This document shows positions 49,222-59,014 of a DNA stretch of 64,000 bases, piece by piece (within the stretch, counting starts at the first letter, position 1; each line of letters opens with the position of its first letter). The notes under the pieces were generated by a model. The model saw only the letters and a list, made by a program, of their open reading frames with translations. It was not told the DNA's origin and did no database searches. Position numbers and translations under genes: made by a program. Source of the stretch: Smithellaceae bacterium (GTDB lineage Bacteria; Desulfobacterota; Syntrophia; Syntrophales; Smithellaceae); NCBI GenBank assembly GCA_963667845.2, contig CAXXVL010000002.1, forward strand, positions 1,088,001-1,152,000, in the 5' to 3' direction.

Positions 49222-51036
49222 TCAGTCCTTGTACATCGATTCGATCAGGTCTTTAAACTGGGCATTGATCGATTTTCTTTTTACTTTCATGGTCGGGGTG
49301 ACTTCACCGTCTTCGGTATAAAGCTTCTTATCAATAATCTTGAATTTCCGGATATTCTCTACACGGGACACCTGATTATTCACTTTATCGATTTCTTCCT
49401 GAATGAGCGCGATGATCTCCGGTGCGCGGGTCATGGTCGCATACGTCGTGAATTGAACTTTATTGTCCTGAGCGTATTTAGTGACATTTTCCTCGTCGAG
49501 GACGATGAGCGCCGACAGAAATTTTCGGCGATCGCCGATGACCACGGAGTCGTTGATGTAGGGCGAAAATTTCAGCAGATTTTCCAGATATTGAGGTGCT
49601 ACGTTTTTGCCGCCCGCCGTGATGATCAGATCTTTTTTGCGGTCGGTCAGTTTCAGATAGCCTTCTTCATCAATCATCCCCACATCGCCGGTATGCATCC
49701 AGCCGTCAATCAGAACTTCTTTGGTCTGCTCATCATCCTTGTAGTACCCTTTGAAGATACCCGGATGCTTGACGACGATCTCGCCGTCCTCGGCGATTCT
49801 GACCTGTGTTCCCGGTATGGCTTTTCCGACGGTTCCCACTTTAAAATCGACTTCGTTCGACATGTGCGTGATGCCGGTGGTTTCAGTCATGCCGTACCCC
49901 TCGCGAATCGGTATCCCGACGCTCTGGAAAAATTTTAAAATCTCATGGGAAATGGGCGCGGCGCCGGAAACACCTACCTTGACCCGGTCAAAGCCCAGAC
50001 GTTCCTTGAGTTTCCGGAAGACGACAAAATAGGCGATATGATAAGCGAGCGCCAGTCCTGTGGGCACTTTCTTTTTGGTCAGCGCGATATTGTTGTAGCG
50101 GGTGCCGATCTGGACGGCTATTTTATAGAGGGTGCGTTTGAGCCAGGTCGCATCGGCCATTTTCAAGACGATGCCGGAGTAATACTTTTCCCAGATCCGG
50201 GGCACGGCATGGAACATGGTGGGCGAGATTTCCGTCATATCCGCCATAACGGTGTCCGTGTTTTCGGTAAAATTGACGATCTGCCCCACGGTCAGATGAT
50301 ACATGATGTCGAAGATCTGCTCATACACGTGATTGAGCGGCAGAAACGAAATGGTTTCGTCTTCATTGGTCAGGGGGGTGACCTGGTTTGCGGACTGGGC
50401 GATCCACAGATAGCCCTCATGCGCCAGGAGCGCGCCCTTCGGCGGTCCGGTGGTTCCCGAGGTGTAGATAATACCGGCAATGTCCTGGGGCTGTGCCAGG
50501 TCGGTCAGTTGATTAAAGAGCTCCGGATTCTTGCGGTCTTCAACTTTCCCCAGTTCCAGGAGTTCTGCGAAACTCATGAGCATGGGATCTTCATAATGTT
50601 TGAGACCTTCCATTTCCCAGACGATGAGCTTGCGCAGCATCGGCGTTTTGGACCGGAAAGCCAGCGCCTTGTCCAGCTGCTCTTCATCTTCGCAGATGTA
50701 AACCACGGCATCGGAGTGGCCCACGACGTATTCGCATTCCGCCACCGGATTGGTCGTGTAAACGCCCACCCAGGCGCCGCCGGCGCAAACGATGCCCAGA
50801 GCCGAGTAGAGCCATTCCGGGCGGTTTTCACCGATGATCGCGACGTGGTCTTTGTAATTGACGCCCAGGGCATGGAGGCCGCAAGTCACATGCTTGACAT
50901 TTTCGTAATATTCCTTCCACGTGATATCATGCCAGATGCCGTAATCCTTTCTCCTCATGGCAATGCGGTCGGGCTGCTTTTTCACCATATTCAGAAGTGC
51001 CTTGGGCAACGTCTTGATTTCCAGTGACTGGGCCAT
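49222..51036 (-). CDS. fadD: Long-chain fatty acid--CoA ligase (ABC-operon associated)
   Basis: YTSGTTGPPKG, EGYGMTE, HTGDVG, TPTMKVKR. Confidence 0.9.
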   Translation of the reverse strand: MAQSLEIKTLPKALLNMVKKQPDRIAMRRKDYGIWHDITWKEYYENVKHVTCGLHALGVNYKDHVAIIGENRPEWLYSALGIVCAGGAWVGVYTTNPVAECEYVVGHSDAVVYICEDEEQLDKALAFRSKTPMLRKLIVWEMEGLKHYEDPMLMSFAELLELGKVEDRKNPELFNQLTDLAQPQDIAGIIYTSGTTGPPKGALLAHEGYLWIAQSANQVTPLTNEDETISFLPLNHVYEQIFDIMYHLTVGQIVNFTENTDTVMADMTEISPTMFHAVPRIWEKYYSGIVLKMADATWLKRTLYKIAVQIGTRYNNIALTKKKVPTGLALAYHIAYFVVFRKLKERLGFDRVKVGVSGAAPISHEILKFFQSVGIPIREGYGMTETTGITHMSNEVDFKVGTVGKAIPGTQVRIAEDGEIVVKHPGIFKGYYKDDEQTKEVLIDGWMHTGDVGMIDEEGYLKLTDRKKDLIITAGGKNVAPQYLENLLKFSPYINDSVVIGDRRKFLSALIVLDEENVTKYAQDNKVQFTTYATMTRAPEIIALIQEEIDKVNNQVSRVENIRKFKIIDKKLYTEDGEVTPTMKVKRKSINAQFKDLIESMYKD

Positions 51037-51099
51037 ACTTTCTCCTTGATCGTTTAGAACAATGAACCAATGTGTTTTTCAGATCCCATACCCGCCGGT

Positions 51100-51882
51100 C
51101 TAACGGAAACGGACTTTTCTCCGGTAACGTTTATATCCTTTGACCGACTGCTCCGTGGCGATCCCCAGATAGAATTCCTTGATGTCCTGGTCTTCCCGGA
51201 GGACCTCCGGTTTGTCGGCGCGGACGATTCTGCCGTTTTCCAGCAGGTAGGCGTAGTGAGAATATTTGAGTGCCATATTCACGTTTTGCTCCACCAGAAG
51301 AATCGTCATGCCGTCCTTCTCATTAATATTTTTGATGATGCCGAATATTTCCTTGGTCAAAAGCGGGGAAAGTCCTAAAGACGGCTCGTCGAGCATGAGC
51401 AGTTTGGGGCGGCTCATCAGCGCCCGGCCGATCGCCAGCATCTGCTGCTCTCCGCCGCTCATCAAACCCGCCTGCTGATTGATTCTTTCTCTCAGGATGG
51501 GGAAATGGTTAAAGACATTTTCCAGATCACCCTTGATGTTTTTCCTGTCTTTCCGGGTGTAGGCGCCCATGTTGATATTTTCCAGCACAGTGAGTTCGGG
51601 AAACACTTCCCGCCCTTCCGGGACGTAACCGATTCCCATACGTACGATGTCGGCGGTCTCCTTCCGGTCGATGCGCTCTCCCAGAAATTCAATGGTTCCT
51701 TTTTCCGGCTGCTCTTCTTTTAAATCATAAAACAGGCGCATGATTGTTTTCAGCGTCGTGGTTTTTCCGGCGCCGTTCGAACCCAGAAGCGCAACGATAT
51801 CGCCCTGCTTGATTTCAAAGGAAATGCCGTGCAGCGCGCGGATCAGATCGTACCATGTTTCGATGTTTCTTACTTTCAGCAT
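51100..51882 (-). CDS. livF: Liv-type ABC transporter ATPase
   Basis: GSNGAGKTT, MSGGEQQM, LDEPSLGL, VEQN. Confidence 0.9.
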   Translation of the reverse strand: MLKVRNIETWYDLIRALHGISFEIKQGDIVALLGSNGAGKTTTLKTIMRLFYDLKEEQPEKGTIEFLGERIDRKETADIVRMGIGYVPEGREVFPELTVLENINMGAYTRKDRKNIKGDLENVFNHFPILRERINQQAGLMSGGEQQMLAIGRALMSRPKLLMLDEPSLGLSPLLTKEIFGIIKNINEKDGMTILLVEQNVNMALKYSHYAYLLENGRIVRADKPEVLREDQDIKEFYLGIATEQSVKGYKRYRRKVRFR

Positions 51883-52661
51883 TAGATCGCTCCCTCCTCT
51901 CCGAGGTAAGCTTTGATGACTTCGGGATTCTTCTGAACCTCCCGAGGCGTTCCTAGAACAATCTTCTGCCCCTGACTCATGGCAAAAACACGATCCGAAA
52001 TTCCCATAATCATATTCATGTCGTGTTCAATGAGCAGAATCGTTACATTAAAGTCTTCCCGAATGTCTTTGATCCAGATCGTCAAATCATCCTTTTCCTC
52101 TGTGTTCATGCCGGCGGATGGTTCGTCGAGCAGCATCACTTTGGGCTCCAGTGCCAGCGCCCGGCCAACTTCGATCAGTTTGCGCTTGCCGTAAGCCAGA
52201 GAACCGACAAATTGATCCCGAACGGATTGCAGTTCGAGAAAATCAATGATCTGTTCAACCTTTTCACGGTGGGCGATTTCCTCGCGGGCGGCCGGAGATC
52301 GCTTGCCCAACATAAAGGCGCCGCCGAAGATTCCGGTCTTCATAAAGATATGGCGGCCGAGCATGAGATTGTCCATCACTGTCGCGTTGGCGAACAGCTC
52401 GATGTTCTGGAAGGTACGCGCAACGCCCTTTTTGGCAATCCGGTCCGGAGTTTTGCCCACCAGATTCTCTCCTTCCAGAAGAACCTCCCCCTCGTTCGGA
52501 TGATAGATCCCGCTGATCAGGTTGAAGATGGTTGTCTTTCCCGAACCGTTGGGCCCGATGATGGAAAAGATTTCATTCTTCTCAACGCTGAAACTGACGT
52601 CATTGACGGCTTTTAATCCGCCAAAGCTGATGCTCAAATGTTCGATATCGAAATAGCCCAT
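51882..52661 (-). CDS. livG: Liv-type ABC transporter ATPase
   Basis: GPNGSGKTT, ARTFQN, LDEPSAG, IEHDM, AYLG. Confidence 0.9.
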   Translation of the reverse strand: MGYFDIEHLSISFGGLKAVNDVSFSVEKNEIFSIIGPNGSGKTTIFNLISGIYHPNEGEVLLEGENLVGKTPDRIAKKGVARTFQNIELFANATVMDNLMLGRHIFMKTGIFGGAFMLGKRSPAAREEIAHREKVEQIIDFLELQSVRDQFVGSLAYGKRKLIEVGRALALEPKVMLLDEPSAGMNTEEKDDLTIWIKDIREDFNVTILLIEHDMNMIMGISDRVFAMSQGQKIVLGTPREVQKNPEVIKAYLGEEGAI

Positions 52662-52676
52662 GAGATGCCTTTCTCT

Positions 52677-52796
52677 TTGTCATTTCGATCCCCGCACGCG
52701 TGACCTTTAGGTTATAGGCGGGATTTTATTTCGGGAGAACCCGGTTACGAAGAGGGATTTTTTAGTCCGTCTTCAATTTGCTTTTCGGAATGACAA
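52677..52796. repeat. 120-bp palindromic intergenic element
   Basis: Termini TTGTCATTTCGA / TCGGAATGACAA (11/12 complementary); internal ATCCCGC/GCGGGAT hairpin. Confidence 0.55.
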
Positions 52797-52838
52797 TATC
52801 AATTATAATAAATCTCTGCATTAACCGAACCAGAAGAC

Positions 52839-52887
52839 GCATGGAACCTTGCGGGTTTCGCTCGCATCCCCGCAAGGCTTCCGATGC
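52839..52887 (-). other. Hairpin after the substrate-binding protein gene (terminator or mRNA stabiliser)
   Basis: CCTTGCGGG / CCCGCAAGG core stem with outer extension. Confidence 0.55.
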
Positions 52888-52894
52888 GGTTTCG

Positions 52895-54091
52895 CTAGTG
52901 CCGGCTGATCTCGTTTTCGGTCCAATCCTGAAGGACGATATTTTCGCCTTTAGGACCGGCCTGCCAGATCTGAACGGTTTTGGGGGCCTTATGATTTTTC
53001 GCTGTCCAGGTAATTTTCGGACCAACACCCTGGAAATTCTTGATGCTGTCCAGTTCTTTTTTAACCGCTTCCGTGCTCAAGTTCTTGCCGGCTTTCTTCA
53101 TTGCATAGACCAGGGGTTCCGCGACGACAATGCCTGCCTGGTAGAAAATGCCCCATCTTTCCGTGGGCGCCAGCCGTTCCTGTGCCGCGCGATACTTTTT
53201 GATCAGCGGATTATCGGAAAACGGCGGAACAAAGAATGCGCTGGTGATGACTGCTTCTTTGGACCACAGGCCATCGGTGATCTTGTTCATCAGGGGATAA
53301 TCCGAGAGGTTATAGGAATGGATCCACTGAGGCTTGAAGCCGACGGAAACGCTGGTTCGAAGAGCGATAGCTGCCTGGGTCGGCGAGCAGTAGCCGATGA
53401 CCGCCTCGGCGCCGGAGGCTTTCAGTTTGGCAACCTGCGAAGAAAGATCGCGCTCGGTGGGTTCAACGGGAAGCGCGGCCACCAGTTCCATTTTGTATTT
53501 GCTCAGGCGATACTTGACTGAATCCAGGGCATCCTGGCCGTAGTCGTCATTCTGGTAGAACATGGCAATTTTCTTGTATTTCTTTTTTTCAACGGCGAAT
53601 TTCGCGAGGATGCTGGAATCATCTTCATAGGTTGCCCAGATGTTCCACAGGTAGGGGTTGTGCGGATCCCAAAACGATCTGGCGCCGGTACAGGGGGAAA
53701 TCCAGATGATTTTATTTTCCTGCAGAATTTTGTATACGGACTGACAGCTGGCCGTGCCCACGCCGCCCACAAAGGCAAAAATGCCGTACCGCTCCACCAG
53801 TTCCTTGACGGCGGCTACGGTCTGGGAGGGATTGTACTGGTCGTCGCGGACGAAGAATTTAATTTTACGGCCGTTAATGCCGCCCTCTTCATTCACGATG
53901 TCGAACATGAGCTTACTGCCGCGAGCGACGGCACCCCAAGGCGCCGCCGGGCCCGTCTGAGGTCCCCACGCAGCAATGCGAATTTCTTTGTCATCAAATC
54001 CACGCTCGGCCGCTGCCTGCCCCGCTGAGGCAAACAGAAAAACGGTAAACAGACAAACAAGCATTATCCCCATTACCTTTTTAAAATTCAT
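52895..54091 (-). CDS. Liv-type ABC substrate-binding protein
   Basis: Signal peptide; GGINGRKI..RDDQYNP, YQNDDYG (LivK/Peripla_BP_6 fold). Confidence 0.88.
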   Translation of the reverse strand: MNFKKVMGIMLVCLFTVFLFASAGQAAAERGFDDKEIRIAAWGPQTGPAAPWGAVARGSKLMFDIVNEEGGINGRKIKFFVRDDQYNPSQTVAAVKELVERYGIFAFVGGVGTASCQSVYKILQENKIIWISPCTGARSFWDPHNPYLWNIWATYEDDSSILAKFAVEKKKYKKIAMFYQNDDYGQDALDSVKYRLSKYKMELVAALPVEPTERDLSSQVAKLKASGAEAVIGYCSPTQAAIALRTSVSVGFKPQWIHSYNLSDYPLMNKITDGLWSKEAVITSAFFVPPFSDNPLIKKYRAAQERLAPTERWGIFYQAGIVVAEPLVYAMKKAGKNLSTEAVKKELDSIKNFQGVGPKITWTAKNHKAPKTVQIWQAGPKGENIVLQDWTENEISRH

Positions 54092-54218
54092 AGCCCTTCC
54101 TCCTTATGTTGTTAGTGACATGCCAAATCGTTCTTCATCATTCTACAAATGTCCATCCTGCGAGAAAAAGTTTCTCAATATAAGGCACATGGACATCCTT
54201 GCCGGTTTGCTCGGGTGC

Positions 54219-54698
54219 TCAGCTTTTGTACCACTTGCCTCCTTCTTTCAGGAATATGAAGCCGATGTTGACAACCGACTGCCTGCTTACGCCTTCACGG
54301 GCGAACGTCACTTCCACTTCCACCTGGGCGATCTTATCGGCTGTGGATATGGTTTGCGGATCCTTGTTATCCCGGATGTAACTCACGCGGACGATTTGAT
54401 ACGCAACGACACGATCCGGCGAAACTTTGGCCTCGGCGAGATACTGTTTATAGTTATGTGTTCGGAGGTAGACGGATGAAGGAGCAAAACAGGCGTATAC
54501 CGCGGGATAATCCCGGCGGATTTCCGCATCGAGAAAGCTCCGGGCGGCTTTGAGAACCGCTTGCTCCTCGCGGTCGCCTGCCGAGCCGCAAGAGGCATTT
54601 CGGGCAAGGCCTCCCACCATCGCCGCGATCAGAATAAGAAAAATCACAGCAGTCAGGTTACTTTTTAAAATAATTTTGCACGGTGCGTCTTTGTTCAT
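54219..54698 (-). CDS. Hypothetical exported protein within the ABC operon
   Basis: N-terminal hydrophobic segment; starts 5 nt after the livH stop; ends F.KEGGKWY. Confidence 0.6.
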   Translation of the reverse strand: MNKDAPCKIILKSNLTAVIFLILIAAMVGGLARNASCGSAGDREEQAVLKAARSFLDAEIRRDYPAVYACFAPSSVYLRTHNYKQYLAEAKVSPDRVVAYQIVRVSYIRDNKDPQTISTADKIAQVEVEVTFAREGVSRQSVVNIGFIFLKEGGKWYKS

Positions 54699-54703
54699 GG
54701 TGC

Positions 54704-55579
54704 TTACACCTTCTTTACCCAGTGCTTGGCAAACAAACCGCTCGGGCGAATGCAGAGCACCAGAACGATCACTACGAAAGCCGTTATCGGTTTCCAGACC
54801 GGCCAGGCATAACCGAAAAAGTTTTCCAGGAGCCCCATGATGGCGCCGCCGATCAGAACGCCGGGAATGCTCATCAGCCCTCCCAGAACCGCGGCAGCGA
54901 AGGCTTTTAAGAATGGTTCCATCATGAACTGCGGATCCAGAATGGTTTTGGCCGTGAGCAGCACGGCGGCGATCAGCCCGATGACCGAACTGAATGCCCA
55001 GGAAAAGGCAAACACACGGTCCGTGTTGATGCCCATGATTTTTGCCGCATGCTTATTCTGCTGGGTCGCCCGCATGGCCGTTCCGAGTTGTGTATATTTG
55101 AAGAAGAAGAAAAGGAAAGCCATCACGGCGGCGGCAATAACGAAGACGGCCACCGCCCACTGGCTGATCAAGAAACCTTTAATCGGCTCGTATGTTATCA
55201 TGTAGGAAATCGGGATAGAAAATTCTTGCTGCTCGGCGCCCCATTTCCAGCTCGCAAATCCCATCATCAGCATTTCCACACCCAGCGTAATGACGATGAG
55301 GCTAAGCAGCGTGGGATTTTTAGCGGGCCTGAGAAAAACATACTGAACCAGAACGCCCAGGATGGCGGCAAACACCATCGCTGCGATGAGAGCGACCCAG
55401 AAGGGACAATGATAAAACGTCAGCAAGTGAAAAACGATGAATGTGGAAAACATGGCCATTTCACCTGCAGCAAAATTCATGACCTCCGACGTTTTATAGA
55501 TAATGACGACCGCCAGACCAAAAAGACCGTAGCAGGCGCCCATCGCCAATCCCTCGATTAACAACTGTACGAAAGGCAT
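54704..55579 (-). CDS. livH: Liv-type ABC permease
   Basis: VMNFAAGE, GTAMRA..Q..A..MGI, FAAAVLGG. Confidence 0.9.
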   Translation of the reverse strand: MPFVQLLIEGLAMGACYGLFGLAVVIIYKTSEVMNFAAGEMAMFSTFIVFHLLTFYHCPFWVALIAAMVFAAILGVLVQYVFLRPAKNPTLLSLIVITLGVEMLMMGFASWKWGAEQQEFSIPISYMITYEPIKGFLISQWAVAVFVIAAAVMAFLFFFFKYTQLGTAMRATQQNKHAAKIMGINTDRVFAFSWAFSSVIGLIAAVLLTAKTILDPQFMMEPFLKAFAAAVLGGLMSIPGVLIGGAIMGLLENFFGYAWPVWKPITAFVVIVLVLCIRPSGLFAKHWVKKV

Positions 55580-55696
55580 ATCTCCCCCTTATCTCATCGT
55601 GACTTTCCGTTTTTGACCGCTCTCGCCGACTTCATCAGCTTTGTCCCGTTGCAAAAGACAATCGTGGTTTCACACTTTCGGTGCGTGGATATGATT

Positions 55697-56776
55697 TTAA
55701 AAAGGCCAGGTCTTCCAATATTTCTTCATTCGGATCCAGACTCCGAAGATTCCCATGGGTTCAAAAATCATGATGCCGATCATGACCAGTCCCAGGGCGA
55801 TGGCGCTTAGATTGTCCATGCCCGTAATGGAAAGCCAGCGCTGCGAAATGGCTACCAGAAAATCTCCCACATAAGCAATGTCCTTGACGTTTTTGAAAAG
55901 GGCGTACATCAGGTACGTGATAAAAGCGGCGCCCGTGATGGAGCCCATGATGGAGCCAAGCCCCCCCACCACAATCATGACCAGAAAGTAAATGGACAGA
56001 AACATGTTGAATGTGATGGGATCGAAAAACCCGAGGACGAAGGCAAAAAGACCGCCGGCGATACCGGCATAAAAGGCGCTCACGGCAAAAGATAGTGTTT
56101 TGTATACGGTGAGATTGATGCCGATGACCTCGGCGGCGATGTCACTGTCGCGGATGGCGACAAAGGCGCGTCCTGCTTTTGTTTTTAAAATATTGATCGC
56201 CCCCAGGACCATGAGGATGGTTATGATGAGAATGAGATAATATTTGCTCAGGTCTGTCGTGAGAGTAAGATTCCAGCCCAGCTGAGGGATGCCGATATTC
56301 AGAGCAGGCGCTCGAAGGCCACTGCGGCCTCCGAATATTTCCGTATGGCCGATGATATGCATGATCGCCAAGCCGAACGCCAGTGTGGCGATGGTCAGAT
56401 ATGGACCTTCGAGCCTGAGCGCCGGCAATCCCAGGATGAAGCCAAAAAAGGCTGCAATAAACGCCGCAATGATAATAGCCGGGAAAAAAGGCATACCCAG
56501 CTTTGTCATTAGCAGCACGGTGGCGTAAGCGCCGATGGCGAAGAACCCGGCATGTCCCAGGGAGATTTGCCCGGTTGAGCCGACCAGAATATTGAGACCG
56601 ACGGCGAGGATGACGTGGACCATGATCAGGTTAAAAAGATATAAGTAGTAATTGGTTGATATGAGAGGAAGGGTGAAGAGCGCGACCATTAGAATGATAG
56701 CCCAGAAAAGAATGGTCCCGCTTTTGAAAAGCTCGATATCCTCGTAATACGCCCGCTTCATGTCCATAGAGATCAC
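55697..56776 (-). CDS. livM: Liv-type ABC permease
   Basis: GQISLGHAGF, LRLEGPYL, GRAFVAIRD, VVGGLGS. Confidence 0.9.
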   Translation of the reverse strand: MISMDMKRAYYEDIELFKSGTILFWAIILMVALFTLPLISTNYYLYLFNLIMVHVILAVGLNILVGSTGQISLGHAGFFAIGAYATVLLMTKLGMPFFPAIIIAAFIAAFFGFILGLPALRLEGPYLTIATLAFGLAIMHIIGHTEIFGGRSGLRAPALNIGIPQLGWNLTLTTDLSKYYLILIITILMVLGAINILKTKAGRAFVAIRDSDIAAEVIGINLTVYKTLSFAVSAFYAGIAGGLFAFVLGFFDPITFNMFLSIYFLVMIVVGGLGSIMGSITGAAFITYLMYALFKNVKDIAYVGDFLVAISQRWLSITGMDNLSAIALGLVMIGIMIFEPMGIFGVWIRMKKYWKTWPF

Positions 56777-57083
56777 ACGCTCCTATAGTTGTCTGATAGA
56801 AGGGTTGATTACATCTGGTACAGCTTCGCTTACGTTACTTATTCAATGACGGAGGTGCCGTGGGTACGTCAAGATATTTTGACTTCCGATGTAAGATCTG
56901 GTGCAAACCATGTCCTAATTCGGGAAAATCGCAGTTCCCAACTGTAACCATCATTCACCATAAGCCATATGCGCAGTATATATTATCTCAGGATTTTAAT
57001 AGTAGACACCTTATTATAGCAAAGATTCTGTGTCAATATGAAATAATCAAAACAGTTTCCATACAACAATAGTATATAAATAT

Positions 57084-57557
57084 TTAGGATAAGCCGCCGA
57101 CACCCATCATGCCGGAAAGGAAGCCGGTGATCGCTCCGGTTACAAGAAAAATGACGACATTCACATGAACGGGATGCTCCCCAAAGGTTGCAGGCAGATG
57201 GGGTTTCAATGCCAGCAGTGCCGCGCAAAAGATCAGGAATATGCCGAAGGCGCGTCTCAGCTTCCAGCCGGGAAGCGCATTGGCGTAATGCGCACCGGCG
57301 CGGACCGTAAGCACGGCCGTTAATGCCAGCAAGGCTGCGGCCAGAAAATCGATATCCCCTCGCAGGCCATAGATCAGCGCACCGCCGGCTCCCGTAAAGA
57401 CCAGCGCGACCAGACTTGTTCCGTGCGCCCTGTGCTGCGAAAGTTTGAGGATACCGATCATCAGGGGGACCATGATCACTCCGCCGCCCAGACCGATCAG
57501 GCCGCCGAAAGTACCGGCGGCAAGTCCAATAGCAAAGCTGATAAAGTGCCTTTTCAT
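57084..57557 (-). pseudogene. TauE/SafE sulfite exporter family, C-terminally truncated
   Basis: GLIGLGGGVIMVP, AHGTSL; stops right after the second-repeat GMMGVGG motif (157 aa versus about 250). Confidence 0.7.
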
Positions 57558-57614
57558 TCCTGCTCCCCGAGAAGAACGAATGGAAGATATCGTGTGTGGA
57601 CCGCCTTTTGACCG

Positions 57615-58988
57615 CTACCGATGTATGCGGCCACGGGCCAGGGATGCGAACACCCCGAAGCCGCATGTCACGGCCAGTATGCCGAAAATGATTTTAGAAC
57701 TTACGACCAATAACGCGTTGGTTTCACTGGTGAGGCTCCGGTCACCGATGACCCAGGCGAAAACCAGCATGGCGATGCCCATGCTCAGCATCTGTCCTAC
57801 CAGTCTCATCGTGGCCTGAGTTGCCGACGCAATGCCGTAGAATTTGTTTTCGACCGAACTCATGACTGCGTTGACATTGGGAGAGGAAAACAGCGCAAAG
57901 CCGACGCCCAGCAAAGCCAGGCAAAGTACGATGTAATAAAGTGGTGTATCGGCGGCGATAAAAAAAAGCCCCACGAGGCCAATGACGGTCAGCGTCATGC
58001 CGGCGGAGGAGATGATCCGTGGTTCGCAGCGGTCGGACAGCCGCCCGGCTGCCGGTGAAAAAACCGCCTGCAGCAGGGGTTCGACGACCAGAACAATGCC
58101 TGTCTGTGAAGGTGTCATCATCTTGATGTGCTGCAGGTAAAGGCTGAGCAGAAAGGTGACGGCAAACGTTGCCGCGTAGTTAATCAGGGCGGCGAGATTG
58201 GAGAACGCAAAGACCCGGTTGTCCAGGAACAGGTGAATGTTGATGAGGGGGAAAGGTCTCTTTAACTGCTGCCGAATAAAGAATATGAAACAGACGATCC
58301 CGACGGCGATCAGAAAGCCTCCTCGGGGGGAAGGCAACTGCGAAAAGCCGTACATCATGGAAAACAGCGCCGCCGCGTAAAGGATCGAACCGCTCAGGTC
58401 AAATGCTTCGCCCTTTGCCGCCATCCGATGTTCCTGAGCCATGCGCATGGCAAGCCCGGCGGCCGCCGCTCCCAGTGCCGCGTTGACGATGAAAATAGTC
58501 TTCCATCCCAGGTGCTCGGTGAGTATGCCTCCGATAAAAGGCCCGCAGGTCAGGCCGATGTAAACCGCCGCAATGTTGATTCCCAGCATCTTACCGCGTT
58601 CATTTACCGGATAGGCGGAGATCAGCATCGCCGTGCCCGTGCTGAAGATCATCGCGCCGCCGATGCCCTGCACAACGCGCAGCGCGATAAAAATTCCCTC
58701 GGTCCAGGACCAGATGCACGAAAGAGACGACAGAGCAAAGATCAGTGAACCGGAAAGAAAAAATATCCGCCGGCCGTAAATATCGGCCAGCCGCCCCATT
58801 GGCACCAGCATGATCGCTGCAGCCAGCAGGAACGATGAGGACACCCAGCTTAAGCTCAGCGCACTCATAGAAAAATCGCGGGCGATCATCGGCAGGGCGA
58901 CGTTGACGGATGAACCCATGAAAGGCGTCGTAAAGGAGCTGATCGTGGTGGCCAGAAGGACGATAGGGAATTTTCTTTTTACGGTCAT
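57615..58988 (-). CDS. MFS transporter (DHA2/EmrB-like)
   Basis: VNVALP, GRLADIYGRR, RVVQGIG, GPFIGG; about 14 TMs. Confidence 0.9.
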   Translation of the reverse strand: MTVKRKFPIVLLATTISSFTTPFMGSSVNVALPMIARDFSMSALSLSWVSSSFLLAAAIMLVPMGRLADIYGRRIFFLSGSLIFALSSLSCIWSWTEGIFIALRVVQGIGGAMIFSTGTAMLISAYPVNERGKMLGINIAAVYIGLTCGPFIGGILTEHLGWKTIFIVNAALGAAAAGLAMRMAQEHRMAAKGEAFDLSGSILYAAALFSMMYGFSQLPSPRGGFLIAVGIVCFIFFIRQQLKRPFPLINIHLFLDNRVFAFSNLAALINYAATFAVTFLLSLYLQHIKMMTPSQTGIVLVVEPLLQAVFSPAAGRLSDRCEPRIISSAGMTLTVIGLVGLFFIAADTPLYYIVLCLALLGVGFALFSSPNVNAVMSSVENKFYGIASATQATMRLVGQMLSMGIAMLVFAWVIGDRSLTSETNALLVVSSKIIFGILAVTCGFGVFASLARGRIHR

Positions 58989-59014
58989 GCTTTCACATCA
59001 AGACAAACCTGAAT

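Noticed and set aside
56896..56920. Sigma-54-like promoter for the liv operon
   Set aside because: GG-to-GC spacing is 9 nt, not the required 10
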